NCBI GenBank assembly: GCA_049586115.1
Contig: JBAVBF010000154.1
Span: 1-36,873, forward strand
DNA from: Thermoanaerobaculia bacterium
Lineage (GTDB): Bacteria; Acidobacteriota; Thermoanaerobaculia; Gp7-AA8
Direction: 5' to 3'
Length of the DNA stretch: 36,873 nucleotides
Below the pieces are notes generated by a model. The model made no database searches and was not told the origin of the DNA. It was given only the letters and a program-made list of their open reading frames with translations. This document shows positions 16,807 through 24,874 of the stretch, piece by piece. Made by a program: the position numbers and the translations under genes. Numbering within the stretch: position 1 is the stretch's first letter; the number at the start of each line of letters is the position of its first letter.

Positions 16807-17242
16807 AGAGTCAGTTCAGTACTTCGGGATCTCTCTGGCTTGCGGGTAGGAATTGGGCTCCAGAATCACTCCTACATATGAGTCCTTCCCGGCGAAAGAG
16901 AAGAGGTCTGGAACGAGCGTTCTGTTATTGCTACTCTGGCCCATCATGTCTAGCGCGGCTACGCGTGTGGTCGTACCCTTCGCTAGCGCGAAATTAAGGA
17001 CCGCATCTAAGCCACCACGATCGCGCTGAAGAACGCGAACCGCATCCTGGTTTTCTTGGAACAGCGAAACGGTGAGGTAGTGATTCCCTGAAGATTAAGT
17101 CAAGACGTGGTCTGCTGACGAATAGGAAAGTGAGCGCGTGAAGTTCGATTGGTTGCGGGGGCGGGGACCTTTCGGTTTGTGGGTCCCACGAGCGAACCTG
17201 CGGAGCCTCAGGCCGGTCCTCGATGTGGTGTGGCGCCGTGTC

Positions 17243-18439
17243 TCAGAGAGTCTTTCGCAACTCGTCGGGGTCAGTGGCGCGGGTAAGCGCCTCGTCACGT
17301 GAAATCAGTCCAGCGCTTACGAGATCACGGAGCGAATCGTCGAAGCTTAGCATTCCCTGACGTCTTCCGAGGGTGATCTCATTGTGGAGTCCTTCCAGCT
17401 TTCCGAGGCGGATCTGGTGTCGAACCGCGATGTTTGCGAGCAAGAGCTCAGCAGCGGGGACGACGCCACGGCCGTCAGCGCGGGGAATGAGCTTCTGATG
17501 CAAGACGGCGTTGAGGCTCAGCGCGATCTGTTTGTAGATTTGCGTCTGTTGGTTCGATGGATACACGTCCACGATACGGTTGATCGACTGCGCCGGACTA
17601 CTCGTGTGCAGCGTTGAAAAGATGAGATGCCCGGTCTCCGCGGCCGTCAGTGCAATCGATATGGTCTCCAAGTCACGCATCTCTCCCACGAGTATGACGT
17701 CCGGGTCCTGCCTCAGCGCGGAACGGAGAGCTCCCGCGAATGTCGCGGCGTCTTTGCCGATCTCGATCTGCTCGACCAGCGACTTGCTGTTCCTGTGTTC
17801 GTATTCGAGAGGATCTTCGATCGTGATGATGTGCTTCGCATGGGTCCTGTTGATCTCACCAACCAGCGCAGCGAGTGTTGTGCTCTTGCCGGAGCCGGTC
17901 GGGCCGCACACCAGAACCAAACCACGGGATGGTTTTGTCAGTTCTGCCAGGGAAGGTGGAAGATTCAGTTGCGCTAGCGTGGGAATGTGTACCGGCAGCC
18001 GACGAATCGAGGCAGCAGTATGCCCGCGCTCCTGGTGCACATTGATCCGGAAGCGGAATCCCCCCGTTTCGCTGCTGACCGCGGCGACGGCAAAGTCGAC
18101 CGCACCGCGCTGCTTGAGCTCCTCGTACATTCGTGCAGGAACCATGGCTCGCAATTCTTCATTCGTCAGGACAGTCTCGGTGGCGAAACGGATATCTCCA
18201 TTGATACGAAACGCGGCCGGTACGCCGGTGACCAGATGGAGGTCGGTCGCGTTGTGATCGACCATCTGTCGCAGCAGTGTTTCGAGCCTGGCTCGGGAGT
18301 CAATCTTGAGATCGGAAGACGATACGAAAGGTTCGGCAATCGGTGCGTCGTCTCTCTCAAACGGCTGGGCCTCGGACTCGACGCGGTTCAAGTCACGAAC
18401 AAGGCGGCTCAGGTCGGGGTCGGGAACGAACGAAGGCAT
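17243..18439 (-). CDS. pilT: type IV pilus retraction ATPase PilT (PilT/PilU family)
   Basis: Walker A GPTGSGKST, ITIEDPLEY, Asp box DPDVILVGEMRD, His box TGHLIFSTLHT. Has a ~50-aa N-terminal extension. No other pil genes in the window. Confidence 0.9.
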   Translation of the reverse strand: MPSFVPDPDLSRLVRDLNRVESEAQPFERDDAPIAEPFVSSSDLKIDSRARLETLLRQMVDHNATDLHLVTGVPAAFRINGDIRFATETVLTNEELRAMVPARMYEELKQRGAVDFAVAAVSSETGGFRFRINVHQERGHTAASIRRLPVHIPTLAQLNLPPSLAELTKPSRGLVLVCGPTGSGKSTTLAALVGEINRTHAKHIITIEDPLEYEHRNSKSLVEQIEIGKDAATFAGALRSALRQDPDVILVGEMRDLETISIALTAAETGHLIFSTLHTSSPAQSINRIVDVYPSNQQTQIYKQIALSLNAVLHQKLIPRADGRGVVPAAELLLANIAVRHQIRLGKLEGLHNEITLGRRQGMLSFDDSLRDLVSAGLISRDEALTRATDPDELRKTL

Positions 18440-18628
18440 GGTGAAAAATCTCCTCCTTGAGATCGCATCTCTTGCCGCATATTAATCTTCTGGACCCGTG
18501 TCGATCGAAAACCCGATCCGTGATTTCTGATCCCTGAGAGCCCTGCGGCGCGCTAACCGCGCAGAGATTGAACAGCAAGGGGGGGGACTCAGATTGCGAT
18601 GACAAAATGTCAAGAGAGAAGAACAACG

Positions 18629-18657
18629 TTGACATTGACCTAAGCCACAACTAGCAT
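18629..18657 (+). promoter_or_regulatory. sigma70-like promoter for lanA: TTGACA, 17-nt spacer, TAGCAT
   Basis: TTGACA at 18629-18634, a 17-nt spacer, then TAGCAT at 18652-18657, about 65 nt upstream of ATG 18722. A 7-bp inverted repeat (atgtcaa, 14-nt spacer, ttgacat) overlaps the -35 box. AGGGAG Shine-Dalgarno sequence at 18714-18719. Confidence 0.4.
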
Positions 18658-18721
18658 CGCGTCACTAATCCCCCACACGTCCGCACCCCGTCTCGAAAAT
18701 TGAATCGTTAGAGAGGGAGCT

Positions 18722-19060
18722 ATGAAAAAGAACCGCAAGATTGTGCGTGCATGGACTGATCCCGCTTTTCGTGCCAACCTGAGCGCTGAAGACCGCGCGA
18801 AGATACCGGCGAATCCTGCTGGAGATGATCTCGATCGCGATCTCGAGAATGTAGTCGGCGGTTTTACGTTCGGCGATGGCTGTGGTACGTCCGGATGTAC
18901 GGTTTTCATTTGCACCGATCCGTGCGGCACTTACGGTGCGAGTTGCAATACCAATGTAACCACCTGCCCGAAGACGACGAGGGTGGGCGATCCCGACTGC
19001 GGCGGCGGCGCCCTCAGCGCTGATGCGGGAATGTGTCACCCGATTGAAAATCCACAGTAA
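18722..19060 (+). CDS. lanA: class II lanthipeptide precursor (mersacidin/lichenicidin-type leader, double-glycine cleavage site), 47-aa leader + 65-aa core
   Basis: The leader MKKNRKIVRAWTDPAFRANLSAEDRAKIPANPAGDDLDRDLENVVGG matches the xIRAWKDPxxRxxLSxxExxxLPxxPAG...GG pattern. The core FTFGDGCGTSGCTVFICTDPCGTYGASCNTNVTTCPKTTRVGDPDCGGGALSADAGMCHPIENPQ has 8 Cys and 13 Ser/Thr. Confidence 0.85.
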   Translation: MKKNRKIVRAWTDPAFRANLSAEDRAKIPANPAGDDLDRDLENVVGGFTFGDGCGTSGCTVFICTDPCGTYGASCNTNVTTCPKTTRVGDPDCGGGALSADAGMCHPIENPQ

Positions 19061-19071
19061 TTCACCATTTC

Positions 19072-19122
19072 TGAGCGGGTAGGGTCGCCGGCGTGGAAGC
19101 GCCGGCAAGCTCATTGTTTTTT
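19072..19122 (+). terminator. putative intrinsic terminator after lanA
   Basis: Inner stem gccggcg (19087-19093) pairs with cgccggc (19100-19106). Outer stem tgagc (19072-19076) pairs with gctca (19109-19113). Followed by ttgTTTTTT (19117-19122). Confidence 0.4.
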
Positions 19123-19303
19123 AGATGAGCAGCGCGATAGCCGCTGGGCTTGCCCCTGCAATGAATAGGGGTGCTTCAGCGCGGCGGCTGCTCGAGGCGA
19201 CATCCTTACTTGGCCGGCTCCGGGAGCCACCGCGAAGCTCAAGCAGCGGAGGTTCGCAGAAGTGAGTCTCTCCTGGAATCCGCGCGGGCTTGTCCCCGCA
19301 TAG

Positions 19304-22300
19304 TTAGTTCATCGGCGGTCCGTCAAGAGCCAGCACGGAGGGGACCTGTTTCGGCCTTGACACACGCAGAAACCCGAAGCCTACACCGGCTAAACCGGTC
19401 ATGAGTCCGGGCATCAGCTCCGCTCGGGCTCGAAGCCTCCACGCTCCGCCTTTTGTTGTCGCGAGGATAGCTTGTGCGCGACGCCTAGCGTGATCCAAAA
19501 GTTCCGGTCGTTCAAGTTTCTCTGCGGCCACAATAAGCGTCTCTATATTGCCAAGCTCGCCGTGGCACAGACAATCCTGAGGCATGATCGGCTTGTCCCG
19601 TAATTGTGACAGGACGACATCCACCTCGGCTAGGGTCGCCTGATCCGGATGCTGTTGCGCTTTCAGACGACCAAGTGCAATGCCCGGGCCGCCATGGCAC
19701 CAAGCAAAGGCAGCCCGTATTGAATTAGGTGCTGAAGCCATCGCCGCCGTCGGCGTACGGAAGTCGGGCCAATTGCCCATGGTCGGGATGTACACAGCCC
19801 GCTCATAGTCAATGCCGGCCAACGCGGCTCGATCGAAGTCGTTATTGCCGGTCGCCTGCGCTAGACGCCTCAGCGCATAAGAGATGCCGGCAGCGCCGTG
19901 CGCAAACCCAGTCAAGGGAGCGTCCGCAGGGATAGTGCGCCATGCGGCTCCGCCACGTTCATTAGCCGCCTGCCTTGTGACGATGTGTTCTCCCATCGCC
20001 TGTGCGATCGTCAGAGCACGGTCATCGTCGGTGGTGTTGTAGAGATTTAAGGCAATGAGCAACAGTCCCGCTGAGCCGGCGATGATATCTAGAATGTTGT
20101 CGTTCGCGATAGATTCCGCCTGAGTGACGAGGCAGTCGACGAAACGCGATACAGGCGACGGCTCGCCGATCAAGGCAGCATAGTGGTGAAGAAAATAGAT
20201 TGCGGAACCGAGGCCGGAGAACCCTCCATTAATGGGCATCGATTCAAGGCCCATCCCGACGTGGTCGGCAATCGTCTTAGCGCAATCCGCGTAGCGCTGA
20301 TCTCTCGTGATTTCGAATAGGTATATAAAAAAGAGACCAACACCCGAACTGCCTGAGTAGAGATCTCTGCCGGTGGGGACAAAGTGCGTCTGACCGCGCG
20401 AGCGCTCTTCGAGGCCTAGCCACTCGATCTCGTCGCTGCTGTGTACGGCGAGGGCGATCAAGTCGTCGCCAATCTGGGCGGCGGCCGCGATCATCTCTCG
20501 TTCGTCGTAGGGCACTTCTCGAAGGTTACGAGCGGCACCTATGTCGTCGCGTAGCAGAATCGCGAGCGACCCTCGTATAATCCGCGCCTGTCGTAGCACC
20601 TCGCCTTCATCAAAAGACCTCAGTCGCTCGGAGCACTCCTCAATCGCTGTATCTTCGAAGAAATTCTCGAACTCTCCCTCGCGTGCGTGCAGGAGCACCC
20701 GACTGCCCGGACGCGAGGCAAACCGAGGAACATCTCCCGCGCGCAGATCGCGCATTTCCGAAGCCACCACTGTTCTCATCGCCGGAACATGTCGGATGAT
20801 GTTGCAGGCCCGTGCGAAGAGAGACTCCTGAGACAGGGCATCGCGGAGGTAGTCCGGGTGTAGTCCGGCGTTAGCAAGCTTAAGATAAATGAACGTTGGG
20901 CGAATAACCTCGCGTACCTCGCATGCCGAAAACGCCTCGATCTGTTCACTCCATTCATCGCGATGCTGGATGATCACGGATGCAGCGTCTCGAAACCCCT
21001 GGACAAGATCCTCTTCATAGCGAACGAGGTCGATCGAATCGGTGCCGAGCGACGGCCGATTGGAGCGGACGGGAACCGCAACCTTGCGCCGTACCAACCG
21101 GGAATCATCAACATCTCCTCCCTCCCAAATCTCGACATCGTGCGGATAGAACTGCCCTTCCCGGCCACCCAAACCGCTGATGTCGACGCCGTCCCGGTTT
21201 GCATCCGCCAACGACCACCCCGGCAGCAGTCCGGTGTTCATCACGGAGCGATCGAGCACCCATTGTCCGACGCTGCGGTAATGATCGAGTATCTTCAGGC
21301 GACGATGGAAGAGTGCCTCCAAGTCGATCATGACGGGGAACTCTCCGAAGGCGATCAGGTTTTCGGAATGGAAATCAGTGCCTCCAAGAATCCATAGAAG
21401 GGCAAGATAGGCGCCTTGGCGACGGTAGAACTGACGGATGGCCTGTTCATCGTTCACGGTGCGGTGTTCGATGAACTCGGTCCAGCCGTGATCACCGTCG
21501 ACAACAACTGAAACGCATTTCAGGCGAGGTTCGAATCCCTGACGATTCAAGCGGTCGGCCGATGCGAGAAAAAGCGCATCGGCGGTCAACTCCCGCGGCT
21601 TGTACATGAGCTTCGCGCCGTTTTCGAAGTGAAAGCGCAAAACCTCACGGCCTCCGGCGTGACGGTCGCCAAGAGATCCATCGATACGGACCAGCAAGCC
21701 CGGATCAATTGTCCGGAAAATTGTCGAGACGATTTCGCTACGTGATTGCTGAAAGCTGCGAAGGGTCGTTTCCAAGTTTCGCAGCCAATGCGCGGAGTAG
21801 GTGGCCAAAAGCCGCGCCAGGACGGGATAGCGATAAAAGAAGTTCTGCCAAAGCCGCGGACGCTCACATAGGAGATTCGCAAACGAGCGAAAGCGCTCCC
21901 GGCCTGTCTCGCCAGAGATGTCGCCGAGCAACTTGCGAACATGCAGTTCGAGGGTAATCGCGCGGCTGGAGTAATCGATCAACCGCCTCTGCAGAATGAC
22001 CCTCGCGGAATCAACGACCTTCGCGCGATCTGCTGCCAGATCGCCGATCGCGGCCAACGTCTCTTCCGCACGTACCACTCCCCAACTGATAAACGGCTGC
22101 AACAGGTCGCCGTAGGTACCCGACCCGGTAGTCTCGCGAGCAGCCTGCTCGAGCGACCGGACTGAAAGAATCTCAGCGAGGAGACCTTGCCACTCGGCCG
22201 GCTCTTCACCTGAAAGAATTTGTTCTGATGGCGTTTGCAGCGCAGTGGCTAGCTCTTCGTAAGAACAGCGTGACGCGTCGAGCCACGCGTCGAGCGTCAC

Positions 22301-22483
22301 TGCAGCCCCGGAAGGTAATTGCAGGCGGACGAATTCATCGGCTTTCACTATTGCGCCGTCCGGCGGTAGCAGCTTCCGTTTTCGCACGATGGCCACGCGT
22401 TCGGCGAGGTCCAGAGCGGCCCATCGAAAGGCTTTGGGAATGGCGAGGGTACGAACCCGTCGCCTCACGGCCGGGTGACTCAC
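19304..22483 (-). CDS. lanM: class II lanthipeptide synthetase LanM (dehydratase + LanC-like cyclase), 1059 aa from GTG 22483
   Basis: DUF4135-type region (LGGTDFHSENLIAFGEFPVMIDLEALFH). C-terminal LanC-like motifs WCHGGPGIALG and CLCHGELGNIE. The track ORF extends to 22876 but overlaps the upstream permease gene. GTG 22483 overlaps that gene's TAG by 1 nt and gives a typical LanM length. Confidence 0.92.
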   Translation of the reverse strand: MSHPAVRRRVRTLAIPKAFRWAALDLAERVAIVRKRKLLPPDGAIVKADEFVRLQLPSGAAVTLDAWLDASRCSYEELATALQTPSEQILSGEEPAEWQGLLAEILSVRSLEQAARETTGSGTYGDLLQPFISWGVVRAEETLAAIGDLAADRAKVVDSARVILQRRLIDYSSRAITLELHVRKLLGDISGETGRERFRSFANLLCERPRLWQNFFYRYPVLARLLATYSAHWLRNLETTLRSFQQSRSEIVSTIFRTIDPGLLVRIDGSLGDRHAGGREVLRFHFENGAKLMYKPRELTADALFLASADRLNRQGFEPRLKCVSVVVDGDHGWTEFIEHRTVNDEQAIRQFYRRQGAYLALLWILGGTDFHSENLIAFGEFPVMIDLEALFHRRLKILDHYRSVGQWVLDRSVMNTGLLPGWSLADANRDGVDISGLGGREGQFYPHDVEIWEGGDVDDSRLVRRKVAVPVRSNRPSLGTDSIDLVRYEEDLVQGFRDAASVIIQHRDEWSEQIEAFSACEVREVIRPTFIYLKLANAGLHPDYLRDALSQESLFARACNIIRHVPAMRTVVASEMRDLRAGDVPRFASRPGSRVLLHAREGEFENFFEDTAIEECSERLRSFDEGEVLRQARIIRGSLAILLRDDIGAARNLREVPYDEREMIAAAAQIGDDLIALAVHSSDEIEWLGLEERSRGQTHFVPTGRDLYSGSSGVGLFFIYLFEITRDQRYADCAKTIADHVGMGLESMPINGGFSGLGSAIYFLHHYAALIGEPSPVSRFVDCLVTQAESIANDNILDIIAGSAGLLLIALNLYNTTDDDRALTIAQAMGEHIVTRQAANERGGAAWRTIPADAPLTGFAHGAAGISYALRRLAQATGNNDFDRAALAGIDYERAVYIPTMGNWPDFRTPTAAMASAPNSIRAAFAWCHGGPGIALGRLKAQQHPDQATLAEVDVVLSQLRDKPIMPQDCLCHGELGNIETLIVAAEKLERPELLDHARRRAQAILATTKGGAWRLRARAELMPGLMTGLAGVGFGFLRVSRPKQVPSVLALDGPPMN

Positions 22484-23742
22484 TATTCGACGCGTAGCGC
22501 CTCCGAGGGATCCATTGCGCTCGCAGCCTTGGCAGGATAAGTACCGAAGACTATTCCGACCACCGAGGCGGTGGCAAGGGCGATGAGCATGAGAGCAGGG
22601 TTGAGTGATGGATGCAGTTGAAACTTTGGCCCGGAACTCTGTCCGAGGGTCATCAGTTGATTGACCAGGAGGCCGAGAACGAGGCCGATGGCATATCCAG
22701 CACCAATTCCGATGATGCCACCGACAGATGTCAGGCAGAGAGATTCGATTAGAAACTGCACGAAGATGTCTTTGGAGCGCGCCCCGACCGCGCGGCGAAC
22801 ACCTATTTCCCGAGTTCGCTCCGAAACGGAACTGAGGAGGACGTTCATTACGCCGATGCCTCCGGTCAAAAGACAAAGCGAGGCGATCAAGGCAAAAATC
22901 AGTGAGATGAAATAGAGCGCCTTAGAGGCATCCTGCCGCCCGGCATCCGGCGTCAGAAAATCATAGCTCGCCGCCTCCGTAGCAGGGTGGCGTGTGAGGA
23001 GTACCTGAAGAATCGTGCTCTTGAGCTGATTGAAGTCGGTCTCCGGTTTCGCTTGGATGTGCAGCATGGTGTCGGGAGAACGACGGTTTCTCAATGGAAA
23101 CCGCAGCCTTGCCGTCGTGACTGGAATGTAGAGATCCACTTTCTCTTCTCCGCCGAGACTGAGGTCGTCCACGACACCGACTACGCGGAGTCGGAGGGTG
23201 TTCATGCGCACTTCCTCACCGAGGCCGCGACCGTCGACGAATAGTTTCCTGCGAGCAGTGGACGATACGACGGTGACCAGCGCCGCGCGTGCAAGCTCGT
23301 CCTGGTCGAAGAACCGCCCTTCTTGAATCTGACGATTGTAGATGGTGAAGAATGCGGGCTCGACGCCGGTTACCGACAGATGTTGCTCGCCGTCGCGCAG
23401 AAGGACCTGAGCTTGCGTATTGATGCGTGCGGAGGTTGCGGTGATGGCATCGGGGAACAAGGACTTGATGACGTGTCCGTCCTCTTCATTCAGAGGGTTG
23501 CCGACACGCGACGGAAGGAATTGACCGCGCACTTCGCGGAATTCTTTGTACATGACGTGGAGGTTGTTGAGCCCCCCCGTCGATTCCATGGTTGTCTGCA
23601 CAAGAGTCTGGACAGACGTCATCAACGAGCCTACGCCGATCACCGACGCGATGGCGATGATGATACCGGTCAGAGTCAAAAGCGTGCGGAGGGGGTGAGC
23701 GCGCATTTGCGCAAACGCAACAATGGCAGCCTCGAGGATCAT
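22483..23742 (-). CDS. MacB/FtsX-type ABC transporter permease (periplasmic core domain + FtsX), no ATPase domain
   Basis: 419 aa. N-terminal TM (LRTLLTLTGIIIAIASVIGV), a large periplasmic domain, and a C-terminal FtsX 3-TM block with ERTREIGVRRAVGARSKDIFVQFLIES. Confidence 0.85.
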   Translation of the reverse strand: MILEAAIVAFAQMRAHPLRTLLTLTGIIIAIASVIGVGSLMTSVQTLVQTTMESTGGLNNLHVMYKEFREVRGQFLPSRVGNPLNEEDGHVIKSLFPDAITATSARINTQAQVLLRDGEQHLSVTGVEPAFFTIYNRQIQEGRFFDQDELARAALVTVVSSTARRKLFVDGRGLGEEVRMNTLRLRVVGVVDDLSLGGEEKVDLYIPVTTARLRFPLRNRRSPDTMLHIQAKPETDFNQLKSTILQVLLTRHPATEAASYDFLTPDAGRQDASKALYFISLIFALIASLCLLTGGIGVMNVLLSSVSERTREIGVRRAVGARSKDIFVQFLIESLCLTSVGGIIGIGAGYAIGLVLGLLVNQLMTLGQSSGPKFQLHPSLNPALMLIALATASVVGIVFGTYPAKAASAMDPSEALRVE

Positions 23743-24845
23743 CGCTGTTCCGCCGGTGCCGGAACCCCCGGGACGATCGCGACTACGTCGCCCGGCGCAA
23801 TGCCGGAGAGGATCTCCGAACGGTCGTCGCCGGACAGACCGACTGTGATTCGAACAAGTTGCTGCTTGTTTTCGTGTCCCAACCGCCGCACGTAGGTTCC
23901 AGTGGCTGTCTTCACCAGCGAGAGATTCGGTAGCGCAACGACATTGTGACGCTCATCGACGATGAGATTCACGTCACAGCTCATTTCCGGAATCAGACGC
24001 GCGCCAGGCTCGACGAGGACGTCAACGGCGTAGGTCGTGGTGGCCTGTGCGGACGTACCGTCGAGCGATTTCGACGTGACGACTCCGGAGTACTTGAGCC
24101 GCCGATTTCCGGACGGGATGATCTCCACCTTCATACCAGTGCGGACGTCCAGGATGTCCGCTTCTCCAACATCGAGTCGAACGGTGAAGCGCGAGAGGTC
24201 CGCCACCTTGGCCACGACGGTACCGCCCTGCGAAAAGCCGTTAATGCCAGCGATGAGCGTCTCTCCGACTTCAAGGTTGCCGCTGAGCAGGGTGCCGTCA
24301 ATGGGCGAGAGCAAACGAAAGTCTGCTTGGCGGTGACCGGAAACCTGATGTGCCTGTCGCTCCAGAATGGCGAGCTGACGTTTGGAAAGTGCGGCGTGAT
24401 CGGCCGCGATTTTGTGCGCGTCGCGCGCGATCTCCCAGTCCCGCTTCGGAATCAAGCCAGAGCGATAGAGCGCCTCCGTTCTCTCCGCTTCCCGGTGACG
24501 AAACTCCAATTCAGCGAACGTGTCGGAGACGGTGATGCGTCCTCCCTCGAGATCGCGGGCCAGCGTCGGATCAGGATCGATCAGCGCAATAGGCTGTCCG
24601 GCATGGACCGGGTCACCGGGCGCGACAAGGTAGTTGCGCAACACACCGGAGACTGTCGCTTTGACTGCCACTGTGCGAAGCGGTTTGACCCGCCCCGAAA
24701 GACGGATACTTCGTACAACGTCGCCGCGCACCACGCGCGCGGAGAGCGGCCTGGCCACAGACCGGATCGTTGGCCGAAAGATCGCCGCGGCGAGAACGAC
24801 GATAATGACTACGAGCAGCAGTGTGATGGCAATGATCTTCTTCAT
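23739..24845 (-). CDS. HlyD/MacA-type periplasmic adaptor (membrane fusion protein)
   Basis: 368 aa. N-terminal TM (KKIIAITLLLVVIIVVLAAAIF), lipoyl/hairpin/beta-barrel pattern (VHAGQPIALIDPDP...). ATGA overlap with the permease gene. Confidence 0.85.
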   Translation of the reverse strand: MKKIIAITLLLVVIIVVLAAAIFRPTIRSVARPLSARVVRGDVVRSIRLSGRVKPLRTVAVKATVSGVLRNYLVAPGDPVHAGQPIALIDPDPTLARDLEGGRITVSDTFAELEFRHREAERTEALYRSGLIPKRDWEIARDAHKIAADHAALSKRQLAILERQAHQVSGHRQADFRLLSPIDGTLLSGNLEVGETLIAGINGFSQGGTVVAKVADLSRFTVRLDVGEADILDVRTGMKVEIIPSGNRRLKYSGVVTSKSLDGTSAQATTTYAVDVLVEPGARLIPEMSCDVNLIVDERHNVVALPNLSLVKTATGTYVRRLGHENKQQLVRITVGLSGDDRSEILSGIAPGDVVAIVPGVPAPAEQR

Positions 24846-24874
24846 ATGGTGTGTCTTCGACGGGCCGAGGGGCG

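Larger units (their letters stand above)
7801..17100. mobile_element. integrase-bearing accessory island; boundaries approximate and no att repeats identified
   Basis: Starts where a PIN-like gene is cut after ~38 codons. Contains a tyrosine integrase, duplicated diverged segments, a lower-GC cargo ORF, two frameshifted genes, phage-like HTH/S24 genes and a start-less gene fragment at the right end. Flanked by clpC and pilT. Confidence 0.5.

Noticed and set aside
17163-17187. Hairpin GGGACC, 12-nt loop, GGTCCC downstream of pilT as a terminator
   Set aside because: Only a 6-bp stem with a large loop, and no U-tract on the pilT (minus) strand.
19146-19303. Imperfect 17-nt direct repeat GGGCTTG(C/T)CCC(T/C)GCA at 19146 and 19286 between lanA and lanM
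   Set aside because: Short, with 2-3 mismatches and no symmetric structure. It could easily arise by chance in GC-rich DNA.
21528-21538. GGTTCGAATCC, a tRNA T-loop-like string
   Set aside because: The flanking bases do not form a T stem (a C-A mismatch and a G-T pair) or an acceptor stem, and it lies inside the lanM coding sequence. No tRNA gene was found anywhere in the window, including next to the integrase.
22484-22876. N-terminal 131-codon extension of the LanM ORF in the track
   Set aside because: It overlaps the 3' end of the MacB-like permease gene and reads as Arg/Pro-rich nonsense. GTG 22483 gives a normal LanM length and a coupled junction.
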